A DNA stretch of 64,000 nucleotides from contig NW_002060955.1 of the NCBI RefSeq assembly GCF_000150275.1, positions 1,346,287 to 1,410,286 of the forward strand, in the 5' to 3' direction. The notes beneath the pieces were generated by a model that saw nothing but the letters and a program-made list of their open reading frames with translations, made no database searches and was not told where the DNA came from. Numbering within the stretch: position 1 is the stretch's first letter; each line of letters opens with the position of its first letter. A program made the position numbers and the translations under genes. Positions 24,861 through 37,700 of the stretch are shown piece after piece. This DNA is from Trichoplax adhaerens. Its lineage: Eukaryota; Animalia; Placozoa.

Positions 24861-26137
24861 TTGGGGGGGGGGGGGAAAGGGGAAGCAACGGCATTCATCA
24901 TCGTTAACTATGCGTATGGCAAGACCATCGCAATGGATGGGTACCGTTGAAATTTTCCATTTTGGATGGCATTCTATTTTTTCCCTTTTTTCACAGCTGA
25001 GGGTCAATAGTACATCAAGTGGAAACGATCATCATCGCAATCGATCGCTGATTTAGGTTGGACCATCACTAATCACTAATAGAATTATAGAATTAAAATG
25101 CATCAATCAATTGGATGGCCTAATTAACGTGTATACCATGCAATCATCGTTGACATGGGCGTCGAGCATTGAGTCAGAAGATGGAGAATAACATGACGAT
25201 GATGAAGTGGATGGAGCGTTTCTCATCCATGGCGAAGGAGTCTTTCCCCACCGATCGATAACCACATATGGATTGCCTTGATTGTTATTTGACAAACAGG
25301 ACAATCACTTTGATTGCATCATGATCCATTTTCCATTCATGAATGAATCTTTTTATTTTAACATTGTTTTCTGTCTCAGCAAATGCTTTATTCCCCATTC
25401 CATTTTCCATTCATTTCCACATCGACTGCACTACTTCAATATCATCGCCATCAACTGAATGCATGCCATGGGCGGCAAGGCCAGGGTATTCTTTTTTATC
25501 CATGTGTAGGATTGCAAAGTAGCCATAACTGTGCTAGAATAGGGAAAAATTCCTTCTAATCATGGGAGAGCCTGTATATACAGTCATTGGGTTTAATCCA
25601 ATCAACTAGTAGGTTATCATTTTATTTTCGACAGAAATGAAACAACAAGAACATCACGCTGTGCCAGTACAAATGATGATGAAAATGAGGAAAGGGGGAG
25701 AGGCGAAAAAAACAATCATTTCTACTCTTAAAACTGCCAATAACATCGCCCAATGATCATTTACTGTACAAGTCCGTTTCAAACACAGTGATTTCCGGCA
25801 GTAACATCCCTAAAGGACATGCAAGGCCTTTTTCAACGACGCAATCATTTAAGAAAATGCCTATCAACTTAATGCATAGTCATCATCAATCCCTTTGCCT
25901 TTAGTCTACCGTCGATAGTTCTTCAATACCCAACAACAGAGCGCTTTCACCATTTTTCCTGAATAAGGGAAAGAAATGGGATCCAATAAATCAAATTGGA
26001 GTTGAACATGCTTATTAGATGTTTGATTTCAGAAAAGGCCTACCATGATCGTGTACAGACGAATATGAATCGTATGTATGGTAATATTCAGTAGTCAAGT
26101 GCAAGAATGAGTCTGTCTTTAGCCTACGGTAGACAAC

Positions 26138-26226
26138 AGCCCCGCCACCTTACATAAAGTTCTGAGAATATTTAGCTACGGTTTCATCTAAATATTGGAA
26201 GAACTTGATGTAAGGTGGCGAGGACT
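26138..26226. repeat. ~89-nt inverted repeat (hairpin) with ~36-38-bp arms and 12-nt loop
   Basis: ccccgccaccttacataaagttctgagaatatttag versus reverse complement of the right arm, cctcgccaccttacatcaagttcttccaatatttag. Confidence 0.9.
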
Positions 26227-29200
26227 AGTGGATAATCTGTTTTATTACTTCTCGATTCCAACGTTTCAACGCTAAATCGGGGGCGATTTGGCGATCCTTT
26301 CTTTCATGCTCGACTTGACTAACTTTAGTTGACGTACATTTTAGTAAATTATCGCCATGACACCATGCTGAAAAATCTCGACATGGGTAATTTCTACGTC
26401 CTTTTAGTCAACAAGAATGGGATTTAAGCTTACGGTCATTCTTTTTAGTTATCCGCTGACAAAGATCGATATGTAATTATACACATCATTTATAAATCAT
26501 TAGTTAATTGAATTAAATTGATACTTTCCAATACTGCGTCGCTGCTATGAGCCTGTTTGCTTGCCATCGTGATCGACAAAAACAGCAGACGAATTGCACT
26601 AAGCGATGATTGCTGGTCGACATTGATCAATCATCAATAAACTGCCATGGCATCCAATGGACTATAATATAGTGAAATTAAAGTAGATGATGATGATGAT
26701 TATAGTTGTTGAAGTCGATTTTAGCCTATGCATGTGTGGATCGCCACCAATGATGATATGGGTAGCGGCATTATGCCGTAGCTGGATAAATTGTACATAC
26801 CAGTAAAATCCATCAATTCAACTGTCCATGTTTGTGCTTTAATGGCGTATTCTTTTAGGTAGCGGCACTACACCATAGTTGGCTTAAATAGTGCATGAGT
26901 TGAACTCTCCATGACCGTAGTTACCAGGCTAATTCGTGATGCATGACAAGCATTTCGACGATGAACAATACTTCGCAATGTTGCAGGCGTCGACGACGTC
27001 CTGATCCTTTTCTTCCATCATGCACTACAGTAATGGCATCGCCAAATGACAATATGTAATGGAGTAATTCAATTTCAATAAAATCGTATTCTTTAAGGGA
27101 TTGAATGGCACAAATTACCCAATAAACCATCCTTAGCATGTGCAGTCTAGTCTCTCTGGAAAGATAGTGATTTCAAGTCGACACAGCGATGATCTTTTTC
27201 TAGTTTATTTTTGCTGCGGGCCTATTGAAGACGTCGAAACGGATACTATTTGTTTGTTGTTTTACCGTGATTTTAGTTAATAAAGATACAGCGCAAATGA
27301 GCCTATTTAGCAATTGTTCACTTCATTAACTTGTATTTTCTTGATTGCAACAGATCTATAGAGATATTGCTCCTTTATCCTTGTACAGCTCGTCTATCAA
27401 AGTCATCACCGACTGATCGTATCCATTAGCAGCAAGTTGGACAAGCTACAGCGAGTGAAAACCCAACATTGTGGTAAGTTTGCAATGCAATCTTGATTTC
27501 CAAAGTGTGGTCTACTAACAGAATAGGATACGACATATTTCACGGACCATCTATACAGTCTTGTACTCGACATGAATACTCAACGGATAGCAATGCCATG
27601 TATTTGATTCAACATTTAACTTAACTTAATGGTGAACAACGCCGATTGGAGATAGTAGAGTGGAGATTTCGGGGGGTTAAGTTGATTAGCGTACAACATG
27701 ATTACTTGGATTAGATTACATTGATTAATTATCCATATCAATTAATGGACATTAGTCCTCTATCTACTCCAGCAGGTTAGCCAATGGAAAGTGATTGACA
27801 TGCAATATTGTAATGAAAAGTTGGCATGAATAAATTTCTTTCTTCATATTTCATTAGCAACAAGAAATGAGACTGTTGTAGTCTTCTGTAGAACTAACTG
27901 TAGTGGGCTAATCCATTCCAATGCAAATCACATCCACTATTCCTAAATGCATGTCAATGTGGATCTCGTCCTACAGGCACTTTAGTCAGTACAAATAATT
28001 CATTGGAGATGAAAAGGTAAGACTTATAAGAAAGACTTGTTCATGATTCATGGGCCATTTCTCTAGTTAGTCTTTGCGCCAGTTAGACTGTCTATCCATT
28101 TGAATAGACCATGTCAATCTCCTCCGACACTCTTTCAGCGAGTAGACGTTATTGAAAACAAAATTAAAAAGTGATCCATGATTTAATGAGTAGCGTCTAC
28201 AGGACGCGTATATTGAATAGCTAAACTAGTTTTGAGCTGTATATTATAAAGCTTATTTTATAGCCGACTTCCATCTCCCCCTACACTATTTTAGTGAGTA
28301 TAAGTTATTGGAGACAAGGGCAAGACGATCCCTGATCCATTGGCCGTGTTCATATTTAATATCGACGCCAGTTTTCAACTCGCCATGTTTTCCATTTATT
28401 TTTGGGTTATAGTCAATGTCCATGTTCATCTCGTCTAATTTGAGTAAATACAAGTTATTGTAGAGGACGAAACACAAGTCATGATTAATCGAATGGCTAT
28501 TTCTACAGGAAGGCTTCATATCGACGCCTTTCCATGCTAGCATTACAAAATATACGTATTCAATGATAGCCAAGGGCAATTTTCAATCTCCCCTATTGAA
28601 TTTCTACTCATCCATCGAATGAATCAATGGAGAAGAGAAAGCAAGGAATATCCTTCATTGATTGACTCTTACAAAGATTTATTCAATTATTCATGATTGT
28701 CAAGGCAAGCCATCAACATGTCTTCTTGGAGATGAGAGACAGCAAGACTTATCGGCCGTCCATTGGCTTTCTACGTTATTCTGGAAATCCATTTGAAAGT
28801 GAAGAGCATTTGCAGTAAGGCCTGGAGACATTGAAGAACACAAAGAAAGACAAAACGCCTTTCTGCATAGTATAAGATTCACCATAGCGACCCTATTGAT
28901 TCTAGCCAATGTTGGTATTGGATTGGCAATTGTCAAAAAGTTGGTATTGATCCGAGGAAAAAATGGATTATTGGACTACAGCACAGCGTATCTTATTTAT
29001 TCAAGGAAATATGCTATATCATCGACCACTCTCTTGCATGGATTTCATTTTAAAATGAGCAACAGAATGGAAAGAGGAATTAAATCAATAATTCCATATG
29101 TTGATTTTGATTGCAATACCTGCATGGATGATTACTTTTGATGGCAATAATCTTCTTCCTTTATAGAATAGCTTCAGATAAACTGTCTTGTCTCTTTTTC

Positions 29201-29469
29201 ATTTTATCATCAACGCATCATCGATGATGACTGAAATCTCGCTATCCAGTAGGTTCAAAAAAAGGAGACAGCTATGCAATCAATAAGCCTGGACTATCCA
29301 TTTTCTTCTTTCAAAGTGAGTACTTACTCCGTAAACATCGATGGCATGTTTTCATACAACTGTCCATTCATCTTCAAGTCCAAAGTCAACAGAGCGAGAA
29401 CGATGCCATTTGTTTTAGTTGGACTAAAGGCATATTGGAGTCACGTCTCTTACCTTTCGTTGCTATTTA

Positions 29470-30350
29470 ATCACCAATGTCGAGTGGCATTGCCTTTGAA
29501 AGAGGCCATGGATTGAATATTTGTAAATTTGACATGAGTTAACAAATTTGGGGCCTATCCAATTCAGTTTTGTCATTTCCTATCGTTAATGACATTTTAA
29601 TACGCAATATCGGGTGGCATTGCCTATGAAAGAGAATATGGATTGAATGTCACAGATTGAACATGAATCAACAGAACCAGAGCTATCCAATTCATTTCGT
29701 CATTTCCTTTTGTTAATTACTGTTGACTTTTTAATAGCCGACATTGAGTGGCATTGCTTATGGAACAGACACAGGTTGAATTTTGTCCATTTTACGTTAG
29801 TCAACAGAGTTGGAACTACCCAATACAATAATATGAAAGATACTTTTTTTCTTCAGCCAAAGAAATTGCCTATAAAACAGGCAGGGGTTGAATTTGGTAC
29901 ATTTTACCTTAGTCAGCAGAATAGGGAGTTCCATTAGAACTACCCAATTCATGAAAGACACACTTTTATTTTTCAATCATTTCCTACCTTTAAATAGCCA
30001 ACATCGAGTGGCATTGCCTATGAAACAGACACGGGTTGAATTTTATACATTTTACGTTAGTCAACCGAATAGAGAGTTCCATTAGAACTACCCAATTCAT
30101 GAAAGACACACTTTTATTCTTCAGTCATTTCCTACCTTTTAATAGCCAACTTGGAGTGGCATTGCCTGTGAAAACGGACATGAATGCAATATTTTACAGA
30201 ATTGACATGAGTCAACCGAGTTTGAATGATCGAATTTATTTATTTTCAAATAGACATTTCTTAATTTCTTTCGTCCTTTCCTCCCTTTAATTGCTTTTAA
30301 TAAGCTAACCTCGGTGGTATTACTTTTGAAAATAGACATGGACTGAAATT
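29470..30350. repeat. Tandem repeat family with ~130-150-bp units, including two near-identical ~148-bp copies
   Basis: g(a/g)gtggcattgc recurs at ~29482, 29612, 29746, 30006 and 30154. gagttccattagaactacccaattcatgaaagacacac occurs twice. Confidence 0.9.
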
Positions 30351-31119
30351 GATTGATTTGATACGAGTTGACAGAGACAATTTTTTTTTTCCTATGAGTG
30401 GAGACCAACGATGCCATCTTCAAAAATGAACTGTGACAACTTGATACCATTTTACAGCTTTGAATAAGACTACATTTACAGGTGAATTATCTACCATTTT
30501 CTTGGAATAACCTAAATCAGCCATCAGCATGAAACAGAGGCTGAATTTTGCATGCATTCCAACTAGCCAATGCTAATGGATTTAGAATTTTTATTTCCTT
30601 GAAACCAATGGGTAGCCAATTTCTTGCCACTAACTCTCCTAGCACAACACCATTGGAAATGCATAACCTTCAAGACATCCAATGCTCCGTTGACAATTGG
30701 CTATCTTTTTCTAGCTTGATTGAAATACCCGGTCGGGAACCTAAATTAGTCATTAACATGAAAAAATGACTAAATTTTGGATAGACGGTTAGATTGGTTG
30801 AATCCGATAAGTCTGTAATTTTCATTCCTTGAAGCCAATGGATAAAGCCAATTTTTTGGCACTCGCTCTTATAGCACCAATTCCGTTTTAAATCCATAAC
30901 TCGCATGATGATGGGAATAAATGTATCAAGAATATTTGGCACATGTTGTTGATTGTATTTCTATGCTGTAAATAAGCATTGAATAACCCGCACAAGCAAG
31001 CAAATCTACTCTCAACAGGGAATAATAATCCATCACCATAAGCAGTCAATCCACGACTTTATGCTACTAGAGTAGGTAGTCATGTTGTATCTATCTTGTC
31101 GATGCATTTCAATATCATC

Positions 31120-31710
31120 AATCTAGTCAATGGAATAGGAAATGGAGAATGAATTTGCCCAATTTCCATTCAGTCAATAGAATACGAAATGGAGAATGGA
31201 TTTGCCCAATTTTCCATCAATAATCCAGCTAATAGAATAGGAAACTGGAGAATGGATTTGCCCAATTTTCATTCAGCATCAACCATTCAGTCAATAGAAT
31301 AAGAAATGGAAAATGGAGTTGTCAAATTTTCATTTTCCATCAATAATCCAACTAATAGAATAGAAAACTGGAGAATGAATTTGCAAAATTTCCATTCCCT
31401 ATAAAACAATCCAGTCAATAGAATAAGAAATGGAGAATGGATTGGCAAGATTTCCATTCTCCGTCAACAATCCACTTAATAGAATGGGAAATGGAGAATG
31501 AATTTGCAAAAATTTCCATTCTGAATCAACAATCTAGTTGATAGACTAGGAAATGGAGAATGGGTTGGCAAGATTTCCATTCTCCATCAACAATCCAGTC
31601 AATAGAATAGGAAATGGAGAATGGATTTGCAAAATTTCCATTCTGAATTAACAATCTAGTTGGCAGAATAGGAAAGGGGCAATTCACTTACCCAATTCCA
31701 TTCTCAATGA
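31120..31710. repeat. ~60-bp satellite (about 10 units) with an internal inverted repeat
   Basis: Unit aatagaataggaaatggagaatggatttgcaaaatttccattctccatcaacaatccagtc, in which tggagaatgg pairs with ccattctcca. Confidence 0.9.
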
Positions 31711-32639
31711 CTTGATCAGAGAATAGTAAAGTCCTCGATTGGACCATTGACGTTTTGTTTGGCTATCCTTACTTTATTTTAATACACCTGCAGTTCCTCA
31801 TGCCCATACGAGCCCTTGAGATCTCATTGCCTTAATTGTGCTATTGCAAGAGAGTTCAAGCACAATTGGGATTGGTAAGGATTTTCAACAGGTTTTGCCT
31901 CAAAGGCAGTGAAGGAATTGCCAGGGTTAATGAGGAAATGCCTCCATGCCAACCTGACAAACAAAATCAACGACAGACTAATGAAACATGCTTCGACGTT
32001 GACAAATAGAGCACAACTTGCTTGATCTTCTACAAGCTATTCTGATCACTTATCGCCTTTCCAATAGCCAAAGCATCCATGCAAGAAATCCTATCAAATT
32101 GAGAAGACTATCCTGTAGTGCTGCCATTCCTGTCAAGGCCCCAAAAACAAATTTTCGCCGTGACTCATTGCATACCAACTGCCGATAGCTATAGTGGATT
32201 GATTAATTTATCAACGATTAACCTTGATACGCCGGTCGATGATTGCTATCAGATAAGTTCTCCCTCTTTGAATATTGTATTTCAATTTATTTTACAAGCG
32301 TAGAAGAAGGCATTGATTGGGTGCTAGTGGTGATCGAGTGAGTTAGCCGATCAGGATATACCGCTGCCATTTTCCCCTTTCTATCGGACATCATTGAATG
32401 GCTCCATGCCTTGGTGTCGATGCCCCCCATTCATCTTGATAAAAAAAAACTTCCTAATTCACTTTTCAAGGCTTGCCATTGATGAAAGAATTTCTCCTCA
32501 AATTGGAATGATCCCATACCGTCAAGAGGGATAGTGGCTTATTGAATGAATGGATTATTCCTACATGGACTGTCTTTGTGAATGGACTACTGTCTGCTAG
32601 AAGTAAAGATTTGTTGCTAAGTAGAGCAAACATTAAGTA

Positions 32640-33845
32640 TATTCAATTGGTTCTTCGTCAAGTTGAAATTGATGTCCAATTGATTTCTTCGTTCACTGGA
32701 AATTACGTCCAAGTGATTAATTCTAATTGTTGGTTCAGTGAAATTCAAGTAGAATTGACATTTATTACGTGGAAATCAAATAGAAATTAGTTACTACCCA
32801 AGTCGAAATCCAGTCAAATTCATTATCGGCTAGTGGCAATCCAGTCCAATTCGTTCTTAGCCAATATTGGACATTACGTCCAATTGGTTCTTAGTTTAGT
32901 GGAAATCAAGTCCCATTGGTTCTTAGCTTAGTAGAATTCACGTCCAATTGGTTGTTAGCCGAGTGGAAATCACGTCAAATTGGTTGTTAGCCAAGTGGAA
33001 ATTATCACACGTTCAATTCGTTGTTGGTCAAGTGGAAATCAAGTGGAATTGGTTATTAGCCAAGTGGAAATCACCTTCAATTCGTTCTTGGTCTAGCAGA
33101 AATCAAGTCCAATTGATTCTTAGTTTAGTAGAAATCACCTTTAATTGGTTCTTGGACTAGTAAAAATCGGAGTTAAATTGGTTGCTAGCCTAGTAGAAAT
33201 CAAACCAAATTGATTCTTAGCTGAGTGGAAATCACTTCAAATTGGTTCTTAGTCTAGTGGAAATCAAGTGGAAATCAGAGTTAAATTGGTTGCTAGCTTA
33301 GTAGAAATCAAACCAAATTGATTCTTAGCTGAGTGGAAATCACATCACATCGATTCTTAGTTTAGTGGAAATCAAGTAGAATTGGTTGTTAGCTGAGTGG
33401 AAATCACCTTCAATTCGTTGTTGGTCCAGTAGATATCAAAGCAAATTGATTCTTAGTCTAGTGAAAATCAAGTCGAATTTGGTTGTTAGTTAAGTAGAAA
33501 TCGTCTTCAATTCGTTGTTAGTCTAGTGGAAATCAAAGTCAAATTGATTGCTAGCCTAATAGAAATCAAGCCAAATTGATTGTTAGCCGAGTGGAAATCA
33601 CATCAAATCGATTCTTCGTCTAGTAGAAATCAAAGTCAAATTGATTGCTAGCCTAATAGAAATCAAGCCAAATTGATTGTTAGCCGAGTGGAAATCACAT
33701 CAAATCGATTCTTCGTCTAGTAGAAATCAAGTCGAATTTGGTTGTTAGCCAAGTAGAAATCACCTTCAATTCGTTCTTGGTCTAGCGCAAATTAAGTCGA
33801 ATTGATTGATCACTCTAGTGGAAATTAAGTCTAATTGGTTATTAC
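32640..33845. repeat. ~31-bp minisatellite spanning ~1.2 kb
   Basis: Consensus tagtggaaatcaagtcaaattggttcttagc is repeated throughout. The ORFs called here are repeat artefacts. Confidence 0.95.
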
Positions 33846-34738
33846 CATTGCAAAGTCAATTTCAAAACCAACTTTCAATCCATTATAATCTGTTAAATAG
33901 CGTTTTCCCATCCACCTTGTTGCCTACGTGATCGACGTGATCGGAGAAAAAAATTAAAGAGAGCATTAGCATTTCTTTAGCTACCCATTAGGAACAGTGG
34001 TGCCATTAGCAAACTTGCTATCGATCCATTATCCAGATAGAAAAGGAAACTCGGATTGTGCCAAGGGTAATTGCATACTTACTTGCTGACTGAAATTGCT
34101 ATAAACAACCAATCTGTGGAGAAGGACGACATATTTAGTAGGATAGATACAATCTTTTTAGTACAGTCTTGAGCTTGGCGGATGGTCATTCCTTCTTCTT
34201 CCTTCTAGCGAGTGGAGAGTTTTAAAAAGGTGGATTCCTTTCTATCAGCGATTGTGTCATTTATTTCTCTAACCACTTGGCGCCATTGATGCTCGAGTTC
34301 TCATACTCTTCCATCTTCAATCCTTCGTGACTTGAAGAATTGGACAGATTGCTATTGAAAACAGTTTGTCGCCATTCCATCCTCGAACGCGGAATCGACA
34401 CAGAAAAGAAATTATCGCTTTCGGTCTGTCAATAAGACGTAGATTGCAATTCTTCTATCCAATCGACACCAGTGTCGATTGGATAGACTCACAAGCCAAT
34501 TGGTATTGACATAGTGCTTAACGCCATTGAAAAGTGTTAATTCTTTCAAGCCTATTAGTTCACTTGTCCGCCAAAGGCATAGCCATCGTTGACAATCTTG
34601 CTTGCGGCCCGCAAAATTAATCCATTTCCAGGCTTGTCGTCATGGCGGTCTTTTGCATCCACATTTAAAGCAATAGTTTTCTTTTCTTGTAGTAGAATTA
34701 ATTGATTGGTCTTGCAATAATTTTCTCCGTGGAACAAA

Positions 34739-37700
34739 ATGTTTCATTTGAGAAGTAAAAAACATCGGAATAAAGTTATTAGTTATCATAAAGATGAGGA
34801 AAAAGTGGCTGTCGAGACCCAGCAACTTGCCGAAAGCGTTGAATATGCATCAGCATTTGCTATTCGAAGATCGACTGTGGGTAAGTCGTAGTCTTGTCCT
34901 CCCTACTGGATTCGCATCCTACTTTCTCTACCCGCGTGTTCAAGCTCTTCTCCAACAACATGGAGAATCACGATGCACTAAGAAACTGATGTTTATAAGA
35001 AAAAACACGAAGGAAAGAAAATTCGTCGAGTTGAATAGAGTTGAAAAAGCAACTGTAGTACTACTTAAAACGGGGTTGATAAATACGCAGTTTCTCTCTA
35101 ACTGACTAAAATCTCCTTTCTCAGTTAGCGTGCAAACTCTTTCCTTCCTTCTCTATTGCTGTCCAAGTTGTAGGTGGAAGACGATTCTTTCTATTGAATC
35201 AGTTTGTATTGCATGGAATCCCAAAATAGTGTTGAATATGAATTTTCTTCTATACGGACTACTTTTAATTTCACAAACGCTTTCTCCTTCCTTGTCTCTT
35301 TTGGTCAAAGTTACAGATGGAAGAGGATGATTTTTTGTTTCTTTTAACCAATTTGGATTGCATCAAATCACTAAAATAGAGTTGAATATGAAAATGAAAT
35401 TTCTTCCATACGGATTACTTTTAATTTTACAAACGCTTTCTCTTTCCTTGTCTCTTGTGGTCAAAGTTGCAGATGGAAGAGGATGATTTTTTTTTTTAAC
35501 CAGTTTGGATTGCATCAAATCTCTAAAATAGTGTGAATACGAGGATGAAAATACAGTTTCTTCCTTACTAACGCAAAGCTCCTTTTCTCACTTTTACAGC
35601 ATACTTTCCTTTCTTACCAATTTTATTCATAGTTGTCGATAGAAGATTGATTGATTTTTTTACTCGTTTATATCACATCTAATTATTTTGATGGGGATAC
35701 ACAGTAATCATGCCACGGGTGGATGATAAATACTTTTCCAACTGCCATGATTATTCCCATTAGAAAGACGCGTAATATTGGCAATATTGATCACGTTGTT
35801 ATTCTGTCGTCACGATGATGCTTGGTTATCATTAAATTAATCACAAAATGAAATTTGTATATTTAATTTTATAATCAACCATGGCTAACAACTAATGATA
35901 TTCTCCCATGATTTGTTACAGATTCCAATACATCACGCGATCATTCGGATAAGGTAAGGAGTCTGCTTACTGTGTTAAGGGATAGGGAAAGGATCTTGAC
36001 TGTGGTTGCATCGCTAGAGATAATTTTTAGTTTAGTCACGATGTAACCTATCATCATAACTTACCAATATCAACATGGCGATTGGCCATTATCGAGTCTG
36101 TTTGCTCTGTTGTAAAGCTACAAATAGAGGAATGTTTTTTATTTTTTACTGTAGCTGCATAGCTAGAATGAACTTTTATTTTAGCCATGATGCAACCTAG
36201 GGTGATAATCTACTAATATCAACATGATGGTCGGTCATCGTCGAGTCTAGTTGTTATGTTGTCGGTAGAAAAATGATTTTTACTGTAGTAGCAATAGCTA
36301 GAAAGAAGTTTCATTTTAGCCTCGATGTAACCTATCGTGATGACTTACTAATTTGAACAGGACGATCGGTCATCGTCGAGTCTGTTTACTAGGTTGTAGT
36401 TAAAGGAATGATCTTGGCTGTAGTAGCATAGCATAGCTGGAAATAACTTTGATTTTAGTCACGATGTAACCTATCGTGTTGACTTATTAATTTGAACATG
36501 GCGATCGGTCATCGTCGAGTCTGTTTACTATATAGTGGTTAGATGGCCTACTATCCAATATGGCCACTGTCGAATCTGTTTACTAACTTGTAGTTAAAGG
36601 AATGATCTTGGCTGTAGTAGCATAGCATAGCTAGAAATAACTTTGATTTTAGTCACGATGTAACCTATCGTGTTGACTTATTAATTTGAACATGGCGATC
36701 GGTCATCGTCGAGTCTGTTTACTATATAGTGGTTAGATGGCCTACTATCCAATATGGCCACTGTCGAATCTGTTTACTAACTTGTAGTTAAAGGAATGAT
36801 CTTGGCTGTAGTAGCATAGCATAGCTGGAAATAACTTTGATTTTAGCCACGATGTAGCCAATCCTGTTGACTTATTAATTTGAGCATGACGATCGTCGAG
36901 TCTGTTTACTATGTTGTAGTTAAAGGAACGATCTTGGCTGTAGTAGCATAGCATAGCTGGAAGTAACTTTTATTTTAGCCACGACGTAACCTATCGTGAT
37001 GACCTACTATCCAATATGGCCATCGATCATCATATCGATGCTCTTTGAGGTGTTAGGGATAGAGGAATGATGTTAAGTCGCATAGCTAGAAATACAAACT
37101 TATGACTGATTTATCGACCTTGCATAGTGGAGATATACTTGTTAAACAATCACATCAACATTAATCAAGTTGTAATATGAATGACTACCGAATCGATGAT
37201 GTAGTTCTGGAAAGAATTTACTCGTATTCCTTTAGTTTGATAACGATAATCTTTCAAGATGGACGGCAATATCCTGGCGATGGATGCGTCTCCGGTACAG
37301 TGTAGTCATGAGGTTCAAATGCAAAGTTAGTTTCCTTCTCGACTATCGATGGCTACGGGATGGATAATGTCTAGTAGCTACCCAAGGAGTTGATTCTTTA
37401 CCTTGGTTGTCGATTCGTACAGCAAGTAGTGAGCCAATCACGACTTTGATCCTTGTCAATCCCTGGTATTTCTTCATGTTATGCAAGTTCAAATACTGGA
37501 AAAAATTCCCTTCTCCTTCGATATAGATGACAAGGGAATAGATGATGTCTACTAGTCATGGAAAGCGTTTATTCTTTAATTCGATGACCATCAACATGCC
37601 CAGTTCTATTCTCGCTGTTGATTCCTACAATAAGTAGTCAGCAACACATGGAAAAGGACAATCATTATCCTTGTCAATCCATTCTATCGTCCATTAATGT

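Noticed and set aside
32542-33160. ORF-track calls inside satellites (also 19044-19262, 24723-25056, 29647-30450, 36745-36954)
   Set aside because: They are translations of tandem repeats with no domain features.
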